Positions 13,593-25,565 of a stretch of DNA of 64,000 nt are shown here, one piece after another. Each line of letters opens with the position of its first letter. Within the stretch, counting starts at the first letter, position 1. The stretch is from Laetmonice hystrix (Eukaryota): contig OZ249438.1 in NCBI GenBank assembly GCA_965235115.1, positions 9,114,001-9,178,000 of the forward strand, given 5' to 3'. The translations under genes and the position numbers were made by a program. A model generated the notes under the pieces. That model did not search any database, had not been told where the DNA came from, and saw nothing but the letters and a program-made list of their open reading frames with translations.

Positions 13593-15763
13593 TGAATACC
13601 TGGCTGGTTATGACACGCGTGCCAGGTCAAGTATAGCTCAGACTGGCAGAAGGTCTGTCACTTGTCGGGATCTATGGACTGATAAGCCGACGATCCGAAC
13701 CGGTAGGAGTGCGTAGTTTATGGCCCGTACACCCCTCAGATGATGGCGATGACAGACGAGCGCACACCCCACACATACTCCAGACCCAGTTATAGCCCAG
13801 GTGTCAGCCATCAGTCAGCTCAGGTTGACCTGGGGTCACCAGGAAACGACCTCCCGCCAGTAACTCTTGTGGTAACTGGCCATCAGAATATGAAATTATG
13901 AAAACAAAAACAGTTGTGTCCGGAGGATTGGTAGCAGCACTGGAGTTGAATGTAAATGACTGGGTTTTTTTTGCTGAAACTGTGATAAGTATTGATAAAA
14001 CCTGGTGAACCTGGAAGGAAAACTTTTGGGACTTTCTGGAAACAGAAGTGATTGGTTGCAGTAGTGTCGGTAAGTTGCGTGTGTCGTGAAAGGGGCCCGG
14101 GGCTTAAAGCCCGTTCTGAGTTTGCCCACCACGATGCGCTAGTAAACACTCCAGCCAACATGAATGTTAAGGAGAGAGTTTGTGAGATGGTTTGGTTCAA
14201 GTTGAGTGAATCCCAGACTGGGTGACTCTCTCACGGTAGGTAGGGAGGTGAGAGGTATCAGAGGAGGCCAGTTGACATTGGCAGGAGAAGGTGGTAGCTA
14301 GGTGTATATATATTGTCATGGTATTATTAACCGACCTCTCCAACACTTGGGGTTCTAGTGCTGCCGCTACATCGGCATACATTGGTTACATTTGCGTTTC
14401 CCCCCGCATTTTTGAAAGTTCAATTTATTTCGAGGAATGAAGGGATCACGTAAAATAAATCCCCAATCAGATGCTGGTAACGACGATAAGAAAAGCTATG
14501 GATAGCATTATGTGCCCTCCCTCCAAAAAAACCTATCCAACACGTTGAAAATGTTCTGAGGATGATTCCCTCCCAAGAGTTTTACTAGGATATTGCCTTG
14601 CCCAAGTACAGATCATTAGACCACCTGCCCGTGGTTTCACCCTAGGGGTCCCGTGTCAAGTAGAGAATAGGTCAGAGGTGATTTATGAGGTTTGATTGAA
14701 AGAATCGGGTCACGCTGACCTGATTTTGGGTCCAGTCGCGATGAGATAAGGTTTACGTTGATAGTTTTAGCTGGAGGGTGCCAGCATGAGGTGGAGTATG
14801 CGGTGCCCGGAGGGGGTTGTGTAACTGATGGGGCTACAACTATTGTAGGGGCGGGGGTGGTAGGGTCTGTGGGGCCCCTAAAGGTTAAGTTGATTGATTA
14901 GTATGTGACAGGCGCCGGTTGGTAAAAGGCGGGTTTAGATACGTGAATGAACCGGAATGAAGGACCGAGCCAGACTTGTCACTTAAATTTATAACCTGGG
15001 TTAGAGTCTGATCAACATTGATTTCAGGGTTCGGTCTTTGGCATCGATTCGTCACATTGCAGACAGGTTAAGTTAGCCCAAAGTCATGATTTAGTCATGA
15101 ATGCTCTTTTTACTCCTCCTCTAAAATGTCATTGAACAAAAAAAAAACGCAAACTTTTTTGATTACTCTTATGAATAGTTGTCATTAATGATATCGATTT
15201 TGTAAACGACCTTACTTGTTCTATTGTAAAATATGACGGTTGTCATTTTGATGTTGGGCGTGGCAGTAGGTTGTTTAGGTTTGGGGTGGAGTAGGCAGGT
15301 GGGGAGGTGGGGAGGTGGGGGTGGAATAGAATATGAAATTTGTTTTGTACCTGAGAATCCCCTAGCCTGACGTGTGTGACTCAGAGCCCAGGAGGCCGAC
15401 ACGTGCACTACGAGCCGATATCGTAATTTAAACATGTTTGAGTAGTAATTAAGTAGCATCACTCGGACCGGCTGTCCAGGGCTGCCCGCCGGCCGATAGA
15501 TGATATATATTTAATTAGGTTTACTTTGCGGACCGCTGAAACCAGAGTCTGTTGATGACAAGAGCTTAGAAAGGAAAACTGATGTTCAGTCAGAATAGTT
15601 GTAGACAGGGAGACGAAAAGGTTATGATCAGACATCAGTCAGATATATGATTAGGTCGTAGTATACTCATTGAGTCATTGGGTCTAATGTTGAGAAAAAG
15701 TACTTGTAGAAATGAAGCTAAAAAGCTTGACACAGATGTGACCGTGGTGTGGCACAGCGGTGG

Positions 15764-15839
15764 GTGTAATGTGGCTCAGGATGAAGTGTAATGTGGCTCA
15801 GGATGAAGTGTAATGTGGCTCAGGATGAAGTGTAATGTG
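15764..15839. repeat. 22-bp tandem repeat gtgtaatgtggctcaggatgaa, ~3.5 copies
   Basis: Units start at 15764, 15786, 15808 and 15830. Confidence 0.95.
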
Positions 15840-18800
15840 TCTCCAGCGTGGCCCCAAGATTTCCAGGTTTTACAGATTTTTCAATTAATTTAGAGTTAAG
15901 CCTGGAGAAGATTCCAGACGAAGGTATATTTACATGTAGGCCTAGGCCTGTGTGGTCAGTGAGACTGCTTGATTAGTACGTTCCGACGAGTACCTCGATT
16001 CTTAGTTCCTATCTCAAGGTCAACATTAGAGAACCCAATACTGGACCACCCCGGCGAGGTCCTATCTATACTCTGATATAATATACAGGGCCGACCTCAC
16101 CTAGATATCGACGTGGGCCGTGTTACCGTATTGACCCGCCGCCGACCAGCCGTACCTGATCCAGCCGGGCGGCAGGTAAATGGTCCTCGAGTCGTGGCAC
16201 CCCTCCAAAACGGCACGCCCTCCATTTAAAACTTCACACAAGTTTTCACTGGGGTAACACCATAGAACGGATAACTGCACCCCCCCCCCCATCGGTTCAA
16301 TTTGAGAAGGATGGATAGGGACAGTTGTTGAGGTGGAAAGTGGGTGTAGCTCCTCCTCCTGCTCGTGGTACTGCTGTTCCTGGTCCTCCTGCTCGTGCTA
16401 CTGCTGTTCCTGCTCCTCCTACTGCTCCGGCTCCTGCTGTTGCAGCTCCTCTCCCCCTCCTCGACCCAGCCCGCTTCCCTATATATCTTGCCATCCCTAA
16501 TCATATTTGAATGTATTTCTCCATGATGCATGCACATCGTGTCGGGACATGATCGGATAAGGCAGGTCGTTATCCGAGTATTAGAGGAAGGTGTGCCAGA
16601 CAGTCCCCAATGGTGCAGTCGGCACACAACTTTCTCGTAATTAGCCTGAAGGTTAAGGATGTGTAATGGCCTGCTCAGAATCAAGCTGCGATTTACGTTG
16701 TCAAGTGACTTTATAATAAAGCTGATTAGAATGCTATACTGGCTGCATCGTAAACCTCCAGTTCTAAGTCTATATATACACCAGAGTTAGGTCTATTTAC
16801 GTACATCCCGGTTAACGGGTGAGCTAAAGACAATAGTAGTACGTCAGTATAGTAGAGGTAGAGCAATAAGGATAGAATTTCCGTGAATTACGATCGATTG
16901 GATACAGGCCAAGTGTTATCGGTTCATCTCGGTGACATAGGTCATACAGACTGTGGTGTTGGTCAGTTTGACTTTGGCTGGCCACAGAGTACAGTATATA
17001 TACCGGTACCTACAGAATTCATGATTAAGACAACAAGCAGCTGTAAGCAGTGTACGTGCCATGGTACTGAGGCAGTAAATCTATATGGAGGGAGGACGGA
17101 TTTTTATCAGTGCTCATGGAGGACAAATCACAGGAGAGATGGAGTTAGCATGAGACCGATTACGTCACCATCTTCATGAGGTTACCTCGGTCGACAGATG
17201 CGTGGTGATATACAGGCAATATTTGAGGACTGGTAGGGGAGGCAACTTGGTCCAAGGGCATAGCGTCGGCAATATTTCTTATCTACACTGGGTGAAGGTG
17301 ACGTGGTGTAACTTTTAAACGGGTCGTGTTTCGACTAAACGTTCACCTAGGCCTGAGTGGATATTTCACTGACTATATCGAGGTTCACCCAGGTGAAAAT
17401 TAGGTGAAAATTTGTCAGACTTCACTCAGCGTCAGTGGTGTTTTTTGAATCAAAAGTATAATTCTTTATACACCCAGTAGCTCCGCTTGAATTTTTTAAA
17501 GAGGGAAAGTGACTATTTGTTTAAGTTTAAGATTTGGATCACAACAGGGTTGGGACCTGGAAATAATTGTGTTCACAATTGTAGGTGTGAATAGGAAGTA
17601 ACAATCCCAAGTCCTTGAATTAAAAGAACTTGAGTAAAAGAACTACCAGTATTAACGTAAAACAGAGTGATTGGAAATCACAATAATGAATATAGGTCTT
17701 TGTTGTACCGAACTCACTTCTAGGGGAAAAAAAGAAAAAGTTTTCTGGATATCAATCAGGCAGACGGCATGTCAACATGAAAGGCATTTTGTGGATACAA
17801 GTTCATTAATTAATTAAGAATTATTGACCATAATTCCAAGTGTCAGACATCAACAGAAGATCAAAGGCCCAACAGATGCGAAAGTGATTTGAGATTGTTT
17901 TATGTGGGGCCGTGCAGTTCACTCCGAGCCCCAGGGAAAGCGAAAAGGCAATAATTTGTCATTTACTTATTGAATGTTGTGTGGTGCTGATTTGGCATGC
18001 GGCAAAGGTTTATCCGTGGTGGCAAAATTGTGTAGCTAAAGCCAGACATGTGCCTTGCCGAAACCGGAACGGATATGGGATGGATCGAGATGGGACGTTT
18101 ACGGGGATGATGGTTAAAAAACGAGAAGACGTCACATAGAGAAGACGTGTCATGTTTCGTAATGTTGGCATCAGTTTTGTTGGATAGAATATTCAACAGC
18201 TATGAAAACATGTTATCAGGAAGTGGATAAAAAATTGATGATTTAATGCCAATGTTTGGCAACTGGTACTTCTAAAAAACCCGGGCAGATCCAGAAGAGG
18301 TAACTGTGAACCTGTTTTATTGTTGCGGTCGAGGAAGGAGCGCCGTCCTTCCCTCTAAGTCACCCCCTGGATCCACGGCTGTTTTGACCTTGAATGAGAC
18401 TTCGAAAACGGAAGGAGGAAGCCATTTGGCTGTAGGCCCCCACACATAGCCGATGTTATCGTAGCTGTGTGATATTGAGAACCCGATACACTGGACCTAA
18501 ATAGTGAGGTCTTGTCAGGGGCTGGGGTCACGACCTCTGCTGTCACCTGACTTTATTCTGTCAGCTGATTGGTTGTCTGATATAAACCAGACCTGCCATA
18601 GTGATGGACCTGCTAACAGTGGCCCCCGCCGACACCCTCAACCTGCAAACTTTAGGAGGACGCCCCACGTTGAATCCCTTACAGGTGTTTGGGTCAGGGG
18701 GCCACCACACTGGAGGTGAGGGCACCTGCTGAGGGGTACGACCCCCACCGGAGGGTCACCTCATGTTGCTCCTAGCCCCCTGGCACCGCGTCTGAAGTCT

Positions 18801-19541
18801 GTTAGCTCCTACACCTCCATAGGTTAGAGACAGACGGTCAGAGAACAAAGAGTGCCAGTAGGGTTATGACCCTAACCCTTTTTTTTGAAGGGGTAGGATC
18901 AGAGAGTTGGGGTTGGGAGGCGGTTGTTGACCAGACCGGTGGATAGGTCACCCAGAACGGGTGCTACGGTTCACTCCCATTGTATGGCATAGAATACAAA
19001 GGGCTTGAGTGACCAGTCTTTTATTGCACTGCAATCTGTACATTTATGTACCGGTAGTTATGCTGGTGGGTTCTGGGAACGTTGGTCGCTCAATTTATTA
19101 TTGTATCGGAACACAATAGTTGTGATTTTCTTTGAATTTTCAACAGGAAAACTTTTTGACACTTTAAGTCAATTTCATAAATATTTTGACTAGTTTCCGC
19201 AGGAAACAGGATGGCTTGGTACACAAAAAAGATGAATTCACATTGTTTTAAATGCAGCTATGGGTGTGACTCGTATAAATTAGATACTGAGACCCTAATA
19301 AAACACAAAATAAGGGTCATTCCCAAGCCCGTCATAATAACTCTCATTATGCCATCTATAGGCTGAGCTGAACATGGCACAAAACAAAACATAGGACCAC
19401 AGTGTCGCGGTTTTTTTTACCGATAAACCTGTTGATAAAACACCCGTGATCTTATGGCAGATACATATGGAAACCATTGATTTATTTGCACTTCAACCGT
19501 TGCCCTGGAAAAAAAAATCAGATATCCTGAAATATTCCTGA

Positions 19542-19838
19542 AAATGTCTTGGAAAGCTCCCATGAAACCCTTATAAATATCTTGGAAAGCTCCCATGAAA
19601 CCCTTATAAATGTCTTGGAAAGCTCCCATGAAACCCTTATAAATATCTTGGAAAGCTCCCATGAAACCCCTATAAATGTCTTGGAAAGCTCCCATGAAAC
19701 CCTTATAAATATCTTGGAAAGCTCCCATGAAACCCTTATAAATGTCATGGAAAGCTTCCATGAAACCCTTATAAATATCTTGGAAAGCTCCCATGAAACC
19801 CTTATAAATGTCTTGGAAAGCTCCCATGAAACCCTTAT
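19542..19838. repeat. 33-bp minisatellite tcttggaaagctcccatgaaacccttataaat(a/g), ~9 copies
   Basis: 33-nt period; ends ~45 nt upstream of the exon A acceptor; explains the ORFs at 19417-19923. Confidence 0.97.
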
Positions 19839-19883
19839 TTTGACCCCCAGTTTATATGATTATTTGCATTGTGTGTGTTACAG

Positions 19884-20048
19884 TCGACGGAGAGTGACCT
19901 TTCGTACGACTCGGACGACCTGATCCAGACCAAAGTATCGTTTGCCGAGTTCATCCAGCAGTACAAGGAGCTCACCGATTGGCTCAACCAGATCCAGCTC
20001 GTCACCCGACGTCAGAGCTCCAGTCTCTCGGAGAAATACCTCAACCAG
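19884..20048 (+). CDS. Internal exon A (165 nt, phase 0/0) of a spectrin-repeat protein, klarsicht/AKAP6-like; STESDLSYDSDDLIQTKVSFAEFIQQYKELTDWLNQIQLVTRRQSSSLSEKYLNQ
   Basis: Acceptor tgtgtgttacag| and donor CAG|GTCAGT; C/G-ending codon bias; spectrin helix A pattern (F..Y.EL.DWL..I); joins in frame to exon B. Confidence 0.9.
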
Positions 20049-21600
20049 GTCAGTCTGGCACTGTATGGAATCACTGCTGGTCAGCGGACAAAGTCGTGGG
20101 AAAGGAAACAGATCAATCTGGACCTGTTTTCTGATTTCCTGTAAGAGCCCTGTAGTGTGGCTCTGAGTAGGTACAGGTTAACAAACAAAAAACAGGACAG
20201 TGGGGTTATTTAATATGGCTTGAGCTGTCCAAAATAAATAAACAGGTAAAAAGGGATGACTCGTACTTGAAATTGATATATTTGATATATTTTAACTGCA
20301 AGCATTATCGGTAAATACCGTTGAAAATTTTTACATGGGAATCGATCAATATTTGATTTTCGTTTGATCTACGATTTGTGACCTTAAATATTTATTTCTC
20401 CCCATTTTGTGACCATCCGCCCAAGAGTTAAGACATAAATCACTACATGATACGAGTTGAGAGCAGAGCCCCAGTGTCGTGTGACCAGCCCGTGAGATTT
20501 CTGTGATATGACTGACAACCCCTGGTCTACCTAACCCCCGTACACTTGTTTATATACCGGTGGGGTATCTCAAGACCACTCAAACCCCAACATTAGACAC
20601 CCCACGGGAGGGCTGAGATCTGACACCCGGGGATTTGTTAGCACCCTCGGTGGGGTGCGCAAAACGCCCTCTTTTATACCCGTACATGGGTCACAATGAA
20701 TCGGACTTACCGTGCAAAGGTTTTATACCGACATTCGCTATGGAGTCTTACGAAGAACTATTTATTGGTGGAAAGTAAGATTTTTAAACATTTGGCGATG
20801 GAAAAGATTAAACGGGAATAAGAGAGCAAAATAAAGAAACATGTATAAATCTGTTTATTTTTAAGTGATACTTACTCTGGTGTATCTTAATCACAATCTC
20901 AAAATGCAAACATAAAGGTTAACTGTTATAAGTTGAAGTACGATTATCAGGATATTTACGGTAACAATTTCTGATACACTGTTACACTGACTGATAGCAA
21001 ACTTTCCACAAAACATCCCTTCACACCTGCCTGGTAGTGGGGGGTATCTTGACTGACAGGAAAGTTATGGGGGGGGGGGGGGGGTGAATCTCTCTTCACC
21101 GCACGATGACGGCGGGCCTGGAGAGCCTTAAAATGGAGATTTTGTGGGTGGAAGTTCCAGTTCGCAGTCATTTGAATTGTCTGGCTAAGAAGATGGTAAT
21201 ATGAAATGAGAGTTTATTAAACTCTTCAGGACTGCATATGTGTAGAAGTTAACAGATCGGGAGTAACCCCAAGGAAGCTAAGGACCCCCAAGGACGACCA
21301 ATATGGACAGAGCAATAAGTCCAGGACGGGGACCTACAATGGGAATGGTTCATTAAATGAGATATAATCGAGGGGGGAGGGTTACTGGTGGTCCGGTACA
21401 GTCCACCTTGAGCCCCAGCCCGTAAAATTATGCGGTTTTGGGGTGTATAAGTGAAAAATGCTGGTTATAACGCTTAATATCCAATTGAGGATGCTGCTAT
21501 TTCGTCTTTATGGCGTTCGAAGAAAAAATATAGGGGAGAGGAGAGATAGTAAATAAACTAAGAAACTTGAAAACTTGCCCCATTCTACTTAAATATGTGG

Positions 21601-21650
21601 TGTTTGACTGCTTTGGTTGTATTTGTACCCTCAGACGTACCATGAGGAGA
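21601..21650 (+). other. Diverged direct duplicate of the exon B acceptor plus the first 16 exonic nt (decoy 3' splice site)
   Basis: ttggttgtatttgtaccctcag|acgtaccatgaggaga versus the real ttggttgtgtttacaccccccag|acctaccatgaggaga; AG at 21633-21634, 336 nt upstream of the real site. Confidence 0.85.
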
Positions 21651-21655
21651 CCATG

Positions 21656-21959
21656 GTGTTTGTCTGACTGTGTTGGTTGTGTTTGTCTGACTATGTTGGT
21701 TGTGTTTGTCTGACTGTGTTGGTTGTGTTTGTCTGACTGTTGGTTGTGTTTGTCTGTGTGTGTTGGTTGTGTTTGTCTGACTGTGTTGGTTGGTGTTTGT
21801 CTGACTGTGTTGGTTGTGTTTGTCTGACTGTGTTGGTTGTGTTTGTCTGACTGTGTTGGTTGTGTTTGTCTGACTGTGTTGGTTGTGTTTGTCTGACTGT
21901 GTTGGTTGTGTTTGTCTGACCGTGTTGGTTGTGTTTGTCTGACTGTGTTGGTTGTGTTT
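21656..21959. repeat. 23-bp UG-rich minisatellite tgtgtttgtctgactgtgttggt, ~13 copies, abutting the exon B acceptor
   Basis: 23-nt period with small indels; no AG dinucleotide between 21650 and 21968. Confidence 0.97.
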
Positions 21960-21970
21960 ACACCCCCCAG

Positions 21971-22169
21971 ACCTACCATGAGGAGATGCTGCGCCGCTCC
22001 CCGCGCCGTAAGGTGTTTAACGACTACGCCAAACAGTTGATGAGGAGGTACCCGAGCATGAAGGATGAGATCAACCTCCGACTCCAGCATCTCAACCGGC
22101 AGTGGCAGACCGTGGAGAAGGCCATCTCTCCACGGCAGGGTTACCAGGACGAGGCCACCATGCTCAGAG
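21971..22169 (+). CDS. Internal exon B (199 nt, phase 0/1); TYHEEMLRRSPRRKVFNDYAKQLMRRYPSMKDEINLRLQHLNRQWQTVEKAISPRQGYQDEATMLR
   Basis: Acceptor tacaccccccag|, branch-like CTGAC with A at 21942, donor AGAG|GTAGGC; spectrin helix B/C pattern (I..RL..LN.QW..V); the final G joins AT of exon C to give Asp. Confidence 0.9.
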
Positions 22170-23633
22170 GTAGGCCACATTGTCACCGGATAGGGGATGG
22201 GAGCAGGGGACAGTTTTATGTGTTTACCTTGAAAGTGAATAATGAATTAAATCATTCTTGGCAAGGATTACCGGTTAAAGCAACGAGACGTCTCGTTGGT
22301 TAAAGGGAAGAATGAAAATTATCCACAACTGAAAAGACCACCAGAAACCCTCACAAACAGCAAAACTATAACTCCCCCCCCCCCCAAAAAAAAGCCAGTC
22401 GTTGGCCTGATGTTTCTAAATACGATGATAAAGGATTTAGTAGAGGAACCATAAAATTCAGATATATTTCACGGTTCCATTTGGTGTTTAGGGCGTGAAA
22501 ATGTAATTTTTTAGGGGTATGAATTTATCGGGAGAATTTATCAAGGAAAGCTTCATGAAGTACAATCGACAAGTCACTTGGTCGGTAAGGTTCCCATTCC
22601 CCAAGGTCTGAGATGTAGATCGAGGTTGATTATTATGTTAAGAGGATCATGCTATGAATGTGAAGACCTCGATACTTGACGGGAAGTAACCTTCCCGGTG
22701 AAGTGGGATGTGTTTTCACTGCCGGCTTACGGCTAGTATTGGGTGTCTGGTGACACACGCTGTAATCCTATGTAATCATTGGCTCGGTATTAGCTCAGCT
22801 CCTCCCGTTTTCTGGGTCAAGTACGCCGCTGTTGACTTGTTTATAATGGATCAGTGCGCTGTTTATAGTCGGAAAGTGGGTGTTTGGCGCGGGTTTTTTA
22901 TATTCCGACATGGTGCCGTGTGTTTGTGTGACTACCGACCGTCTCGTGTATAACAGTCGAGAGATGAGACCATTTAAATGATCGTGCCAATCAGGGCAAA
23001 GCGTCGTCGTTCTATGGTGTCATGATACGGCGAGGAGTGGAGAAGTGGGAGTTCATAAATAGGAGATATTTTCCGTCGTTGGTATGCATGGGTTTATTCA
23101 TAAGGACCCCAGGGCAACCGGTACTCCCTCGGAAACGTCCTTCTTACACGAAAATGGAAGAAAAGAAGGGAACAGAAATTAGAATAAAGGAAAAGACTTC
23201 AAAAATAAATACTTGAGACGAATTGGTCTCAGCATTTGAATATGGAGGGATCGCAAAGTATGCCAGTATTTTATAAATCGCCAACGGCATGGTTGGCAAA
23301 CTGAGAAATATTTTAAAAGGCAGAAAGCAGGAGTTGTGTAGGTGAGCCGAGGATGTTGTGATTCATGTACACCACAGGAGGTATTGAAACATACATACAA
23401 AGTCACCGCAGGCTATAGAATGTCGGACCTGGAATTGGCAATCTCTTAGGTGCAATTTAGCTTACTCACATGGTGTGCAACATACTTGGCATCATGTGTG
23501 TAACTTCGGTGCTCCGAGGTGTAAATGTGTAAGGCATAACCTCAGTGAAGTTGACGGAAGTTTGTAAGATGAAGTGTGAAAACTGTGTGGGAAATTCTGA
23601 GTCAGGAAAAGAAGGAAGTATGTTCCAATCACT

Positions 23634-23770
23634 GAGCCACACTACAGGGCTCTTACAGGAAACCAGAAAACAGGTCCAGATTGTTCTGTTCCCTTTCCCA
23701 CGACTTTGTCCGCTGACCAGCAGTGATTCCATACAGTGCCAGACTGACCTGGTTGAGGTATTTCTCCGAG
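23634..23770 (-). repeat. 137-bp inverted duplicate of 20027-20163 (last 22 nt of exon A, its donor, and 115 nt of intron)
   Basis: Reverse complement aligns without gaps, with 3 mismatches (at 20106, 20113, 20134); sharp boundaries; no TSD. Confidence 0.95.
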
Positions 23771-25027
23771 TGTTTGAAATACAGGGTGAGTTTGAGCGGT
23801 CAAAGGTTTGAGGGTTTTGGCGTGTGCGGATGAATAGGAAAACCCAAGATATCAGGGCCTTTGGTTTCAAAGTCACACCTGGAATTTTTCTTTTTCTGAA
23901 AATCGAGTACGCTTTCTAAAATAAACTTAGTCGAGATTCAGCCGAAAGCCTTGCTCACTGATCGTGTCATTTGGAGAAGACTGTTTACAACCCGCCAGAT
24001 GGCGTTCCGGTGTGGAGTGGTTGGGTGCCTGGAACGTTTCACTCTCGACTTTCGGCGGCGCACCTCCATGCCTGCTGTGTCAGGAGTTGGCAGAGTCTTG
24101 GCAAGGGGGTACGGCCGGACGTCCTTGGGCACACTCACCCCCTAAAACTATAGAGGAAAGTTAGGGTTGTTGTTGCAAGCCCGGTCCTGTCGTAAGTGCA
24201 TTGGGCCCAAGGCCCAGCGTGGACTCGGTGAAGTAGAAAGTACAGTGGTGGTCCATTGCCAAACAGGGACCACCTTGCAGTGGTAGATGAGGGAAAGATG
24301 AGATCGACGAAAAGCTTTTAATTTCAAAATGTCAAAACATACAATATTGTATATTAGAACCAGATGTTTGCTGTTGTGCTCCTTATTAGGCCTATGTTTT
24401 GTTGACATCCATCTTTGAAAATCATGTGTATAAGCTTGTTAGAGAATTTACGAAAGTGAAGGGAAAAGGGTTTTATGACATAAAAATTGTAGCATGCATT
24501 CTTATGACTGGAAATCAGAACACTGCATGCTCTGTCGACACTCTAAACACTCTAAACACTCAAATGGACTTGGATAACATTGTTTCGGCAGACGATAGTA
24601 CTGCCGCCTGGTGGGCGATATTATTACCAAAAAACCTTATTTGCGGAACCGCCATCTGGTGTGAAGGACCCGGAAATACATTGTACGGTGGCCGTAACAA
24701 ACTCTCCAGGCGCTGTTTCATTCCCAATTAACCTGGTCTCTTTTGACCAGGAAGTCCAGGCGCGTGTCGGGGAGTTGGTTGACTGCCACATGGGCGACCC
24801 CCCCCCCCCACTTGCGACAAATCCTGCACTGTATACGGGCCTGATTTCATTATGATTTCATTATCTATAGACCTATTAAGCACGATAATTTATGAAGTAC
24901 AATGAGACTTATCGCAAGGTTTATAACAGGCCCATTGGGAAGGGAGATAGACCAAATGATTCCTAGCTGAGTCCCTGTGTAAGATAATTAGACTTAACGA
25001 AATGTGGCCGTTTTCTCGTATGTATAG

Positions 25028-25152
25028 ATCTGGCGGAGGACCTGAACGGTTTGAAGACGTGGCTCCATGACGTCGAGAGTCGTCTGCTGCCGCTCTGTGT
25101 GCGCGCCAACTGGACCAAACCGGAACTCGAGGCCAAACTCAAGGATCACCAG
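25028..25152 (+). CDS. Internal exon C (125 nt, phase 1/0); (D)LAEDLNGLKTWLHDVESRLLPLCVRANWTKPELEAKLKDHQ
   Basis: Acceptor ttttctcgtatgtatag|, donor CAG|GTGAGT; spectrin helix A (L..WL..VE..L); phase matches exon B. Absent from the ORF track because it is short and lacks a start codon. Confidence 0.9.
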
Positions 25153-25511
25153 GTGAGTACTGACGTCCGGCGGTAAACTACGGAACTACTGGTACACCCG
25201 TGGTGGTTTTTGTCAATCAACTCTGTTGGCCCACAGATGTCGCTGGCAAACACAGCCGCATACGCCCCCTGGAGTGTGGGAGATGTACCGCTCCCGACTG
25301 CCTTCAAGGAGCCTTACTGAAAACATTGTAGTTCCAGTTTGTGTACAGATGATGAATTTCTTTCAGGTGAAAGGGAAGAGTGACTTTGTGATTATGACTG
25401 AATCCAGCGGATATTCAGTAGTTGGGTTCGATGTCTACTCCTTCGTTTAGATTTTGATTTTGGCAAGGATATGAAGGGTGCCAGGTAACCTATTGTGTGC
25501 GTTGGGAACAC

Positions 25512-25565
25512 TGCTGCCACCTAGGGGTTTTGTACTGCACTCTTACTTGGCTCTAGGTGGCAGCA
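25512..25565. promoter_or_regulatory. Pair of divergent CTCF-like motifs forming a perfect 13-bp inverted repeat with a 28-nt spacer
   Basis: tgctgccacctag (25512-25524) and ctaggtggcagca (25553-25565); motif match judged by eye only. Confidence 0.35.

Noticed and set aside
16226-16684. 152-aa minus-strand ORF with a weak LINE-like HHWGLSG
   Set aside because: Mostly low-complexity CTC/CTG repeats; a single weak motif
19417-19923. Repetitive ORFs (MGAFQDIYKGF, LESSHETLIN)
   Set aside because: 33-bp array artefacts; the real exon starts at 19884
21497-22186. 229-aa minus-strand ORF
   Set aside because: Antisense of exon B plus the 23-bp array
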